In this document: in pieces, positions 53,061-64,000 of the stretch | How the letters are laid out: the number at the start of each line of letters is the position of its first letter | Position numbering within the stretch: the first letter of the stretch is position 1 | Assembly (NCBI GenBank): GCA_013239625.1 | Contig: MU054323.1 | Span: 14,760,029 to 14,824,028, forward strand | Length of the DNA stretch: 64,000 nucleotides | Reading direction: 5' to 3' | Origin: Lama guanicoe | Taxonomy: Eukaryota | Translations under genes and position numbers: made by a program | The notes under the pieces: generated by a model | Told to the model about the DNA's origin: nothing | Database searches by the model: none | The model's input: only the letters and a program-made list of their open reading frames with translations

Positions 53061-54005
53061 AAAAAAAGGCAACCAGCCCTGTCCATTGGAAGGAAGTTTT
53101 TTCTTCTTTTTTTTTTTCTCCTTTTCAAAATTATGAATTGACTTAGAAAATAGTTCTGGGAATTATATCACATACTTAAATACATTAAATGCCATAAGAA
53201 AAATCTAGTTACTTTCACTTAATAAATATAAAATTAAAATTTAAAATTTATGATAGAACACTTTTTAAGTGAGACAGGAGAATTGGTTAAATGAGAAATG
53301 CATCAATTCACTCTCTTACCACAAGTTAGCCAGACTGAAATACGTTTAAAGAGGATGCAGTTCACACAGTGGGACCCGAAGGTCAATACATATCCTTTGA
53401 AAATAACTACATGCCCACCTATTCACAAGGATGGCAGACCTAGGATAACACCAGTGCTGCATGAGAAGCCGGCTGATCTTCAGTTCTCTGTTGTAGGTCC
53501 TGCTAAACTGTAGCAACTGAATCTAGGTTGTGAACTTTGCTAAAGTGTCTGAGGCACAGAGCTAGGCCTATCATTTTGGCTGCCTATAGCCAAACTAAAT
53601 CAGGTTAATCAGACAGAAATTCAAAGAATGAAATGTGGTTAATTGGACTGATCCACACAAATCAGAATAAAGTCAAGTGGATTACGTGAACTGCAGCAGA
53701 AAAGATAGATTGGGATACTTCCACATTACACTTCCAGATCTGAAATCTTGGTGGTCTGAATCTTTTATGAGGAGAAAGTGGGGACTTTTTAAGTTAAGAA
53801 AACCCAATATATAAGCCAGAAGTACCAATACATTTCAAAAGGGTTTGCATTTACTTTTCCCAAATGGTAGCAATTATCCAGTTGCTACAAATTTGTATTT
53901 ATCATATAACAGCCTTCCAGTTGTCTTATCAGTGCAGAAGAAACGAGGAGGGGTGGCAGGGCACAATACAGCTGAACGCAGGGCTGGGATGGGGAGACAA
54001 TAGGC

Positions 54006-54128
54006 TTTTTTTTTCTTTCTTTCCCTCCCTTTCTTCCTTCTTCCCTTTCTTCCTCTCTCCCTCCCTCTCTTCCTTCTTTCTTCCCTTCCTCCCTCCTACT
54101 TCCGTCCTCTCTCTCTTTCTTTCTTTCC
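54006..54128. repeat. CT-rich low-complexity tract
   Basis: Near pure-pyrimidine tract seen directly. Confidence 0.9.
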
Positions 54129-56144
54129 TGTACACAAAGGAACCAAATTCCCCCGCAAAGCAGAAGAGGATCATGAGAGGCAGTAGAGGTGAGGGGATGG
54201 TAGAGGCCAGTGGATGGTATAGAGGTAAGAGATAACAGTAGCCCAGTACTTGTCACACAGGCAAGACAACCCTCTATGTGTATGTAAGACAAGGTTTTCC
54301 AACTGTATTTGGAAAATATCAAACATTTAATAAATTTAGCATCAAATTTGTTTTGGCGAAACTTCTATAAACATCATAGAAGCTTTTTAACTCACTCACT
54401 CTTCTATTCATTCACTTGAAAGACATTTGAGTATCGTCTGTGTGCAAATTTAGCTGCCAGGTATGGGGAAAAATGCACAGGCAGGACAAAAATATGTATC
54501 TCTATGTGTCGGATATAACCCAAGTTTTCCAAATACCTGCAGCCATAACATAATGCATAAAAGCAGTATCTATTTAAAAAAATCAGAAATGACAGACATC
54601 TCTGGATTTGAGTTGTCAGTGAAACTTTTGCAGTAAGAACTGGTAATTCAAATGGCTTTCTGAAAGATAGCAAGAACTCCTTCAATTAGAACCACTGTGA
54701 GTAATTCCTAAGCACTAAAGACACTGATAGTGAACAATGCTGGTTGAAGAAACAGAAGCCAACCTGCTAGGCAATGCCAGCATAGTAACTAAAAATGATA
54801 ATAAAATAACTCATTCTTTATATCTGAAGGCCACCTAATTTACAGTAAGTAATCAGTATTTATATTAATCACCTCTAACCATTTACCTATTTAAAGAGTG
54901 TCCCTTAATTGTGTATTACATTAAATGCCTACTTCTAATTACCAAATAACATTATTTGGGTCCTGGATACATATGTCTTTATTTTTGCAAAAGCTTTCAA
55001 TTATGCTTTTTTGTGATGTGCCTCTGAAATCCCACTTTGTATGAAAAGAATCCCCCCCGACCCATGGCCAACTGTGTTTTGATAAAGTTCTTCAAGTGGT
55101 TTTGATGTCCTTTTCCAACTGAGAAACTTTGTGGTAGAGAAACCTTCCAGTCTTACCTTTACAGTCTAAGTGCATTTTATCTACCCCACAAGACTGTCAT
55201 TTTTACTTCTCCATCCAGTCTATTTTTAATCCACAAAACAACAACAATCATACAGTTAATGTGGCCTAACGTTTTTACCAGTACAGGTTTCCAAGGAGAT
55301 TGATTTTCCCTAGGAATAACATTGGCTTCTTTCCACTTCTTTATTCACTCTGCTGGTACAGAGTAGAGTGTCTTGGAGAGCCTGTGTGGACATGCTTGAC
55401 ATCACCCTGCTCATTCTTCTCTTGGGAGAATGTCTCCCAAAGAAAGTACTTCATAGTATGTCTTAACCACTGCAAGTCCATGATATAAAATCTAGCATGT
55501 AATATAAACAACAGCCCATAATAGTATCATTTATATGTATTAACATGGTGTTTGAATTGGGTGTGTATGAACAACTGATCACAGACAGAGTAAGTTGCCA
55601 CTTCTCTATCATCCTTCTATAAAATTTAGCTACTATCCTGTGCACAGGATGTGCATTGTCAATTACTCTTTAAAGTATATCAAATTCTTTCTCCTTAAAA
55701 GTCTTTGTAATATAAGCAGGAAGTAAAGGGAGTAATAAACAAATAAATAATTTGCTCACACGAGACTAAGTTTATATAATTTGAATGAGTCACAAAGTGC
55801 ACTTAGGGAAGTAAAAATTATCTATGCAGCTTTTAATAAGGAGCCTGTGTGGCGGAAAATGGGTTCTCACTGTGGAGACTTTTCATACTGAAAAATAAAA
55901 TAATATTCTTAAGGTGTGTGACCAGACAGCTTTCTGAAATTTATGCTCAGGCTCCAAATTAAAAATTGCTCCACTGAAGGTACATGGTGTTACCCAGTCC
56001 CCTGCTCTTCTGGGGGAAAGCTAGTTTGATAGACATATGGTGTAAAGGCTATTAGACACTGATAAATCCATTTAACAAGAGGAAGAGACACAAGAAATCC
56101 TTATGCAGGAGGGATGCTACAGGAAAACAAAACAGATTAAACCA

Positions 56145-56157
56145 GTTGCTAGGAAAC
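56145..56157. promoter_or_regulatory. Candidate RFX X-box motif
   Basis: gttgctaggaaac matches the GTTGC(C/T)A(T)GG(C/A)AAC X-box consensus and lies in non-repeat sequence. Confidence 0.4.
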
Positions 56158-57169
56158 AGGGCAAACTAAGTGCACTGGAGCAGTTAGATGGGGCAACTCT
56201 GAAGGATTAACAGCCCTCCATATCCATGCAGAGACCAAACCAGACCAGGTTTTCAGCCTATGTCAGAGAACAACACAAGCTATGAAGTCTGGCCTTGTAA
56301 GTACAGAAAAATCCTCCTTGTACACATTTCCAGAGCCAAAAAAAAAAGGGGGGGGAATAATCAAAGAACCTTATTAGTCCACATCTATACTCCATCACCA
56401 AAGTACATATGAATGTGGCTTAGCTTTATTTCAGAGTAATACCATTTGTCACAAGGTCCACTGTAGACAGATTTATGTGTAGGAATAACTTATCCCCAGA
56501 GCATGAATAGACACAACCCTAAATCATGATTTAAGTGAGCAGACGGGAAGGAAGGTTATTTTCTGGGTCATGAAATGATACTGAATTTTCAGTTTTTATG
56601 GACGATAGTCTCTATTGTCCAGACAAAAAGTCCTATATGACCTACTTCTCAAATTTCATCTTTAGAATCTCTCCCTCATTAATGCTGACCACTCTTTTCA
56701 GTGGTTTTAGGGCATTTGACTAGAATACGACCTCGCAAGGGTCAGTCTCCTCTCTTGTTTATTTATATGCATGACATCCAGATTGACTGTGGGTGACAGT
56801 AACTGCCCAGAAAAATATCTGCTGTATGTTTTAAAGAATGATTGAATATTTATCATTCATGCATTTAAAAAATTTCTTTACTTGTATATTCTAGCTTCCT
56901 GAAAAAATATTTAGGCTCTTTGAGAACAATACATAGTATTTATATTATTTATACTCCCATCAAAGAAGTAGGTCACTATTGAGCAGATAATAGATATTCA
57001 AAGATAACTCCTTAAGTTAAATCAAATATCTATCGTCAGGTGATCCATTTGCAGAAAGGGTAAAGCTATGCTAGCAGGATGATAAACAGATTTTGAAAGT
57101 AGTTTTATATTCCTAAATTTAACTGTTATGATTGCAGTACTTTATAACAATGACAGTAACAACAACAAC

Positions 57170-58380
57170 AAAAATAAACACAGTAAGAATAAGCATTTAT
57201 GAAATACCCAAGCAAAATTCTAAGGGTCAGGAAAATACAAATAAATGAAACAGACTAGAACCTCTGCCATCACTGAGTTTACATTCTAGTCAGGGGAGAC
57301 AGACAGTAAACAACCAAATATATACTATTAGATGATGGTAAGTGCTATAGAGAAAAATAAAGCAGGAAAGGGGAATATGGAGCACTCAGATGTTGCAGTC
57401 TTTATCCTGACAGCACACTCAGGTGAGATGTAACATTTGAACAGAGATCTACACTCAGTGAGGGAAGGAGCCATGAGACTATCTAGGCAGAAAGAACAGG
57501 GATATTCTAGAATGGACTGTGCCTCATGTTTGAAAAACAAACAGCCAGGAGGGCAGTGTGGCTACAGCTGAGTGAGCAAAAGGAGAAATAATAGGAGAGT
57601 TAACAAGAAGCAGATCCTGTACAGCCTTGCTGGTCAAAGTAATGCCTTTGACTTTTTCTTTCAGTGAGGTGGTGGGTAATTGAAAGGTATAAGAAGAGTC
57701 ATGTCATGTTCTGACTTTGCTTTAGTGAAAACTACTCTGGCTTTTGTTTTAAAGACTGAAGGAAGGCAAAGAGAGCAGCAGCAACTCGACCAACAGATAG
57801 GCTGCAGTAATACATCTGGATTGGGCTTGGAATACAGTTTCTCATGGAAGTGATCAGAAGTGGTGAGATCCCAGATATACTTCAAAAGGAGGAAAACTGG
57901 ATTTTCTGACAGCGTGAATATAGAGATTTTGGCCTGAACAGCTGGAATGATGGCATCATCTTTTACAGAGGAAAAAAATACTGAAGTGTGTAGGGGTGAA
58001 GGTTGTGCTGGGGCTTCTTGGGGGATGGATTAGGATCTTGGTTGTGGCTATAATGTTCGTTAGGCAACCATGTGGACAGGTTCAGGGGGCAGCTGGATAT
58101 ACAGCTCTGAAATCCTAGAAGGAAGACTTGGCTGTAGATATAAATTTGAGAAAAAGATGAGAATTAATTGAATTATGTCTTTCCTCATGTTGGAGGTGAT
58201 GAGATCTGTTAAGTGGAATTCTTCGCCTTTATTAGCTGCACAGAGATTTTATCTACACTATTAACTGGAGAAAAGTCAGGGTAAACGGGACACATTTAAG
58301 TAAGTGGGTAGCTGTGAAGGATGAGTTTGTGGAAGTACTTTTTCAACTTCATTTTCTCAATGAAATACTGAGCAAAGTTA
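57170..58380 (-). mobile_element. L2 LINE, about 1.2 kb 3' portion
   Basis: gagtttacattctagtcaggggagacagacagtaaaca...gatggtaagtgctatagagaaaaataaagcagg...gggcagtgtggctacagctgagtgagc...ggcagctggatatacagctctg. Confidence 0.9.
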
Positions 58381-59464
58381 ACTTGGCTGTTCTGCCCATA
58401 TTCTGGATGCTGCTGCTCAAAGAGCCTCCCCTGTCCTTTCTACCACCAATGAAGGGGATCTGTGACATTGTTCTCTAATTACAGCATTAGCACTTGTCCA
58501 ACTGAGTGATTAAAGGAGGCTTGCAAGTTTGTTAGAATTCAGTATTCTTTGGTTCCCTCCCATTCAAAAAGCCCTTTGGATCTTTTTAACAAATACCGTT
58601 GAGAAAGAATCTCCAACTGTATTTGGAGACTTATTTGAAGCACTGACATTAGACTTTATTTCTGAAGAAGAGGCCCCCCAAATTTTTGTTGACATATTAA
58701 ATGAGTAATTGAGTAACTTTCACTTTTTTTCTTATTTATAGTTTTCAGTATCTCTTTAGCATTAGGATTATACAAATTGAAAGAAGAGCAAACCATGTTT
58801 TTGAAGTAACTCGGTGCTTAAGGTCACCTGTGGAATGCATTAAAGAAAGGACTGATGAAAAGCATTATCCCTTTAAATGTTAAGGCTGTTTTTCAAAGGG
58901 ACACATAACTATGAGTGGAATTCATTCCTTAAGTGTCTAATTATTATGGCATATGCCATAATACCTACTGAAATACCTACTTGCCATGACTGTCTACTGA
59001 AACGTATTTCATACCCTGAAGAATCTGATTCTTTTTACATGAATGTTACATAGGAGCAAGTGGAATCATCTTGTATAGTAAAGCTGAAGAACAGGGAATG
59101 AAAATTAAGACAAAGCTTCTTCTATTCAAGGCACATTTGAGAAGTCATCAGTCAAGAGATGCCACATAATTCTGAAGAATGGGAAAGTAAGTTATGCCAG
59201 GCAAGATGGTATTATGTGTTTGAACAAATCAGATTCAAAGCAATTCTCAGACTCAACTTTATGCCAGTACATAATTGCATACTGGCTTATAATGCCAAAG
59301 TCAAGTATGTTTTCTCATTAAGAAATTTTCAGTAAAGAAAACAATAAAATAAGTTGAATGTGACCACTGTAGAAGCTATGTTACAATGTGAATGGAATAC
59401 AGACTGCAAATAATTTTATAAACAAATTCTGTGAAATAAGAACTGTTCAGAAGAGCCAAATCAT

Positions 59465-59649
59465 CAGGGAAAATAATTTTTAAAAATAAAAGAATATTTC
59501 AGATAAACAATGAATAGGTTTTTTTTTTAGTATAATTACGCCCAGTGCAATCCTTTTCTTTTATCTCACAGTATATATTCACAGCACTCAGAAATTATTA
59601 AATTTACCTGAGAATCTTATATTTTCATTTGCTAAGTCTGGCAACCTTA
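59465..59649. mobile_element. MER53 hAT MITE fossil
   Basis: atttcagataaacaatgaata...ttttagtataattacgccc and terminal atttgctaagtctggcaacct match MER53. Confidence 0.75.
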
Positions 59650-61329
59650 ATAAGGGTTTAGATTTTAAGGAGAAATTAGGAGATATGAGTCACCTTAGAG
59701 AGTGCCAGAATCCATGTATCGGAAAAATATAGTGTGATTGTCAGACAGCATTTTAGGGTCTGCTGAAGTCACAGAGTCAAAGTGAGACCAGTCAGCATGG
59801 GTGTGTGTTTATCTCCAACTACCTTCAGTTGTGTGAGTGTGGACATGGAATAAATAGAAATATATGTGATTAGGATTATAGTTTTATGAAAACTATTACT
59901 CTGATAGAAATATTTTCATTAAAAATAATTTCTATTTGATTCCAGTCTGCACTTTTAACCAACAGGCTAAGCTCCCTCCTAATGAGACATGATTACTTAA
60001 GATAACTGTCACTTCTTTATGACTATACAATTTGAAATAAAAAACAAAGAAAATCAAATTGCATTAGATTTTAAAAAATTAATAAACCAGGTATGCTATG
60101 AATGGTAATCTCTAAGACTGAAAGACGGCTGATGTCTCTGTAGCCTATTTCCATTTTTGCTATTTATTCCCAAAGAATGTAAAGAAAGCCACATTTATTA
60201 GAATATAACAGAGAATAAGAAAGTTGAATGATTTTTATAAGAGGCAGAAATGGCAGATAGCTAGAAGGAAGGATTTAGGAAACGAAGGTCCTAATTCTGA
60301 TCAATTCACTAAACACCATATCTCCATGATGGCACTTGCAAATGTGGTGTCATTCCCAACATAATATGTAAATGCTGAAGCTGTATATATATATGATCTT
60401 ACCTGACACACCTTGAGCATTTCTGAAGGTGGAACAAGGTATCTACAAGCAGAAGGAATCACTGAGCCAAAAGTGTTCCCCTCAGAACACTATCTAGGGC
60501 TGTCATTTCTTATTCTTTTGACAGCAAGTTTGGAGGCCTTTGTTACTTTTTAATTATTATTTTTTGTTCTTAATATGAGTTTGTATTTCCCAAAGGATTT
60601 TGATTATGAGCAATATATATTTCCCATCTAAAATGCCTCTGCTGTATTGCAGAGACAGAAAATATTCTCAATTTTTCTACTAGTCCCATAGCACAAATGC
60701 TTTTAGACATTCAATGATCTATTTCTTCAGTAAGTCTCTTTCTATTTCAGTGTTTATGCATGAGATTGATCTAATGCCCAGAGGAGAAATATCATTGTCA
60801 GCTTTTACAGCGTTTTCAGAAAGGCACATATGCATTTTGCTTCTCTTGTTTTATGAAGCTCTTTTTACTGCTTTCTCTTAAGAACGTATTATGAAAAATC
60901 CAATTTCCCTACAGATATGTCGGACTGAGCTGTTTCTTGAAAGCTGGAACAAAATCTGCTTTCCAGATGACTTATGCAATTTGGAACAAACTAGGTGAGT
61001 GTTCAGCTTGACAAATTCTTATAGAATTATCATTTGCAATATTTCCACAGTCTGGAACAGGAACTCATTGATTGTTTTTAATCTGATGTACATCCAGTAA
61101 TGAGAAGCCAGGCACTACACTGAGTATAGGTTTGAATAACTTCACAAATTGTTCTGTACTAAATGGCTCAGTGAGCCAAAGAGGAAGTCTTAAGGAAATA
61201 AAACGGCTCTAGAATGGAGATGTGGAAGAGGAAGGGAAGGGAAGATGGTTAAGGAGTAAAGAGAAGGTGTCAAAGAAAAAGCTACTGTCATCTTTCTCCT
61301 CAACTAACAATCTGTTTGTATGCTTTATA

Positions 61330-63425
61330 TATTTTCTTATTTTTAATGTAATAGTATTTGATAAATGAAAAGATGTAACATATTTACTTGTATGAACTAA
61401 AGCACAAACATAACATTAAAATCTATGAACCTATTATCCAATTTAAGAAGTAAAATTTTATAATATCTCACTCCTTATACATTGACTCCCCCACAAATGT
61501 GACTACAACATGAAAGTTATTGTATATCCTTCTTTATCTAACTTTACATTTTTTTACTACTTAAATATTTATTCATAAACAGCCAATTGTCAGTTTCCCC
61601 TCTTTCTGGCCTTCGTAAACACAGAATACTACTATAAGTAGATTTCATGGATTGCTTATTCATACATATTTTGGCATATAGCTGGATTTCATCCATTTTC
61701 AGGTGCAAATATTCAAGTGGGTGAATAAATCATTTTATTTATCAAGTTTTCTGTATATATGAGGTCTTTCTGTCCTTCTTCCTCTTTCCCTCCCTCCCTC
61801 CTTTCTTTCCATCACCTTCCCTACCTCTCTCTCCCTCCCCTCAACCCTCCATTCTTCCCTTCCTTTCTCTTATTTTCACTCCTTCCTTCCTTCCCCATTC
61901 TTCTTTCCCTCTTTCCTTCTTTAATTATCTATTACAATAGTTTTACCACTGACCTTTTTTTAGAAAAAGATTTTATTTTTTAAAGCAGTTTTAGGTTTGC
62001 AGCGAAGTTGAGAAGAAAGTGTACAAATTTCCCATATACTCCCTGCCCCAACACACATATAACCTCCCCATTAGAAGCATCTCCCACCAGAGTGGTACAT
62101 TTGTTAAAACTGACGAACCTACATTGATGCATCGTCATCACCCAAGGTCCACAGTTTACACTAGGATTCACTCTTGGTGTTGTACAATTTATAGATTTGG
62201 ACAATGTGTTAAGGGCATATACTCATCATTATAGTATCATACAAAGGTATTTTCTGTGCTCTGCCAATTCATCCCTTCCTGCCATCCCCACCTCAACACA
62301 AACATTTTCATAGCTCTCTCTTGACATGATAAATAGAAAGTACCAAATATATTTATTTGTATGGAAGTGAAATTTTTGGATAATAGATTATGCAAATGTT
62401 AAACCTCACAAAATAATGCCATTTTGTTTCTCCTCATACTTCTACCAGAAACTGATTAATCTCTCTAATACCTAAATTTGTCTGACTTCTTAATTGTTTC
62501 AGGAATTATCATCTGAGGGAATAAAATCATATCAAAGGGTTTAAAATGGTAATTTGTATGTTCCTTATTACTAATGAGGTTAAACATCTTTTCGTGTGCT
62601 TGTTCTGTCATATTTTCTGTGAGATGCCTGTTAAGTCTTTCCTTTAATTTTCTATTGAGTTTTGTCTTTCTGTAATTGATTTGTAAGGATGTTACTAATC
62701 CTTTGTAAATTACGTGTAATACAAACATTTCTTCATTTGTGTCTTATCTTTTCACCATCTCTAGGCTGTCTTTTGTTGAAAAGAAGTTTTTAATTAACAG
62801 GCAGTTGAATTTACCTTAATGCTTAGCATGTATCTTAATTTATCTTTCCCTAGTTCAAATTTGGAACAAAAATAAATATTATTCTTTATTATCTTCTAAG
62901 GTCTCAGGGATTCTCCTTGAATTTATAAGTCCTCAGCCCATCTGGAATTGATTTTTGTGTATGGCGGAAGGAAGAATCCAATTTAAGGATCCAATTTATG
63001 TGGGCAATTAATTGTTCAATCACCCTATCGAATAATCCCTCCATTCCACAATGATCTTCAATCCTCCTTTGTGATATATCAAGTTATAAAACACAGTCTG
63101 TTTCCCAGATCTCTATTTTGTTCCCAGTCAATATTTTTCAATCCCTGTGCCAATTCTCCATATTGACTTTATCATTTCAGCCTTTAATATACCTTGATAT
63201 CTGGAGAGGCAAAGTCCTTACTCTTCTCCCTCAGAAATGTTTTAGCTATTCTTTGTTCCTCCAGATAAATTTTAGAATTAGTTTGTCAAGATTCATCAAA
63301 AATCCTTTGGAATAATGACTGAATTGCATTGAACTTCAGATTAATTAAAGGACAATTGTTTATATGATTTTGAATTTTCATATCTGTATGAACAGTATGG
63401 GTCTCTGTTTACTTAGGTCTTCCAG
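61330..63425 (-). mobile_element. Old L1ME-like antisense element, interrupted by a CT tract (61768-61922) and an L1MC1-like 3' end
   Basis: ttattactaatgaggttaaacatctttt; ccatctggaattgatttttgtgtatgg; ataaattttagaattagtttgtcaag; gaattgcattgaa. Confidence 0.8.
61953..62295 (-). mobile_element. L1MC1-like 3' end nested in the older L1
   Basis: tttttaaagcagttttaggtttgcagcgaagttgag...cccaccagagtggtacatttgttaaaactgacgaacctacattga...cccaaggtccacagtttaca. Confidence 0.88.
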
Positions 63426-63519
63426 GAAAAAATACTGGATATAGAGGCTCATATTCTCTCTGTTTTATAGCTTAGCAATATGCTGGCTCAGTGGTCTGAA
63501 CTCAGTGAAGCTCTACACT

Positions 63520-63843
63520 AGCACAATAGTCTTCAATAGGTATATAATGCAAGCCACATGTGTAATGTAAAATTTTCAAGTAGCCACATTAAGAAAAGTG
63601 TAAAAAGACACAAGTAAAGTTAATTTTAATAAAATACTGATTTAATCTGACATATCAGAAATATTATCATTTTGACATGAAAGTGTGGTAAGAATTATTA
63701 AAGATATTTTACACTTATTCACACTTAATTTTTAAAATCTAGTGTGTATTTTACACCTAAACACCTCTCAATTAGGACTAACCCTACTTCAAATCTTTAG
63801 TATCCATATGTGACTAGTCGCTACTGTACTGGACAGTGCAGCT
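63520..63843. mobile_element. MER33 hAT-Charlie DNA transposon fossil
   Basis: ataatgcaagccacatgtgtaatgtaaaattttcaagtagccacattaa...aattttaataa...catatgtgactagtcgctactgtactggacagtgcag. Confidence 0.85.
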
Positions 63844-64000
63844 GTAGAGCTTCCCCATGGGTTAGTGAGTACATGGTTACCTATATATTCTCTGACCTTT
63901 CTATTAACTACAAATACATAAAGCAGTACTAGGAAAATCCTGTGTAAGAACTCTTTTCTTGAAACTTCCACTCCAGTGATCCCTGTTCTGGAAAGAATGT

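Noticed and set aside
53864..54322. Overlapping ORFs of 123, 145 and 81 aa
   Set aside because: They stay open only because the CT-rich tract contains no stop codons; the products are low-complexity.
1..64000. CRISPR array, operon, tRNA/rRNA gene, CpG-island promoter, intact retroelement or processed pseudogene
   Set aside because: I saw no regularly spaced repeat-spacer structure, structured RNA gene signature, CpG island or long recognisable ORF; the sequence is mammalian non-coding DNA.

Overview
AT-rich, CpG-depleted mammalian genomic DNA with no CpG island and no coding exon, RNA gene or full-length element that I can recognise. It reads as a gene desert or a very large intron. Much of it is recognisable interspersed repeat: old L1M fragments, younger 5'-truncated L1 3' ends with target-site duplications, L2, MIR, ERV1/ERVL/MaLR solo LTRs (MER21-, LTR33-, MLT1- and MLT2-like) and hAT DNA transposon fossils (MER58A, MER45, MER53, MER33). 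The young L1 3' ends and the lack of Alu, B1, BovB/Bov-tA, PRE1 and CHR SINEs suggest a camelid genome (inference). The supplied ORFs are short, repeat-derived, low-complexity or without homology I can recognise. The features most worth checking are: (1) a repeat-poor block at about 3.5-9.3 kb with local CpG retention and a phase-compatible chain of minus-strand candidate exons carrying one in-frame TGA; (2) several isolated segments with strong splice signals; (3) several short perfect or near-perfect inverted repeats; (4) nested insertions with TSDs. Repeat subfamily names come from remembered consensus motifs, and boundaries without TSDs are approximate. I found no convincing novel system.
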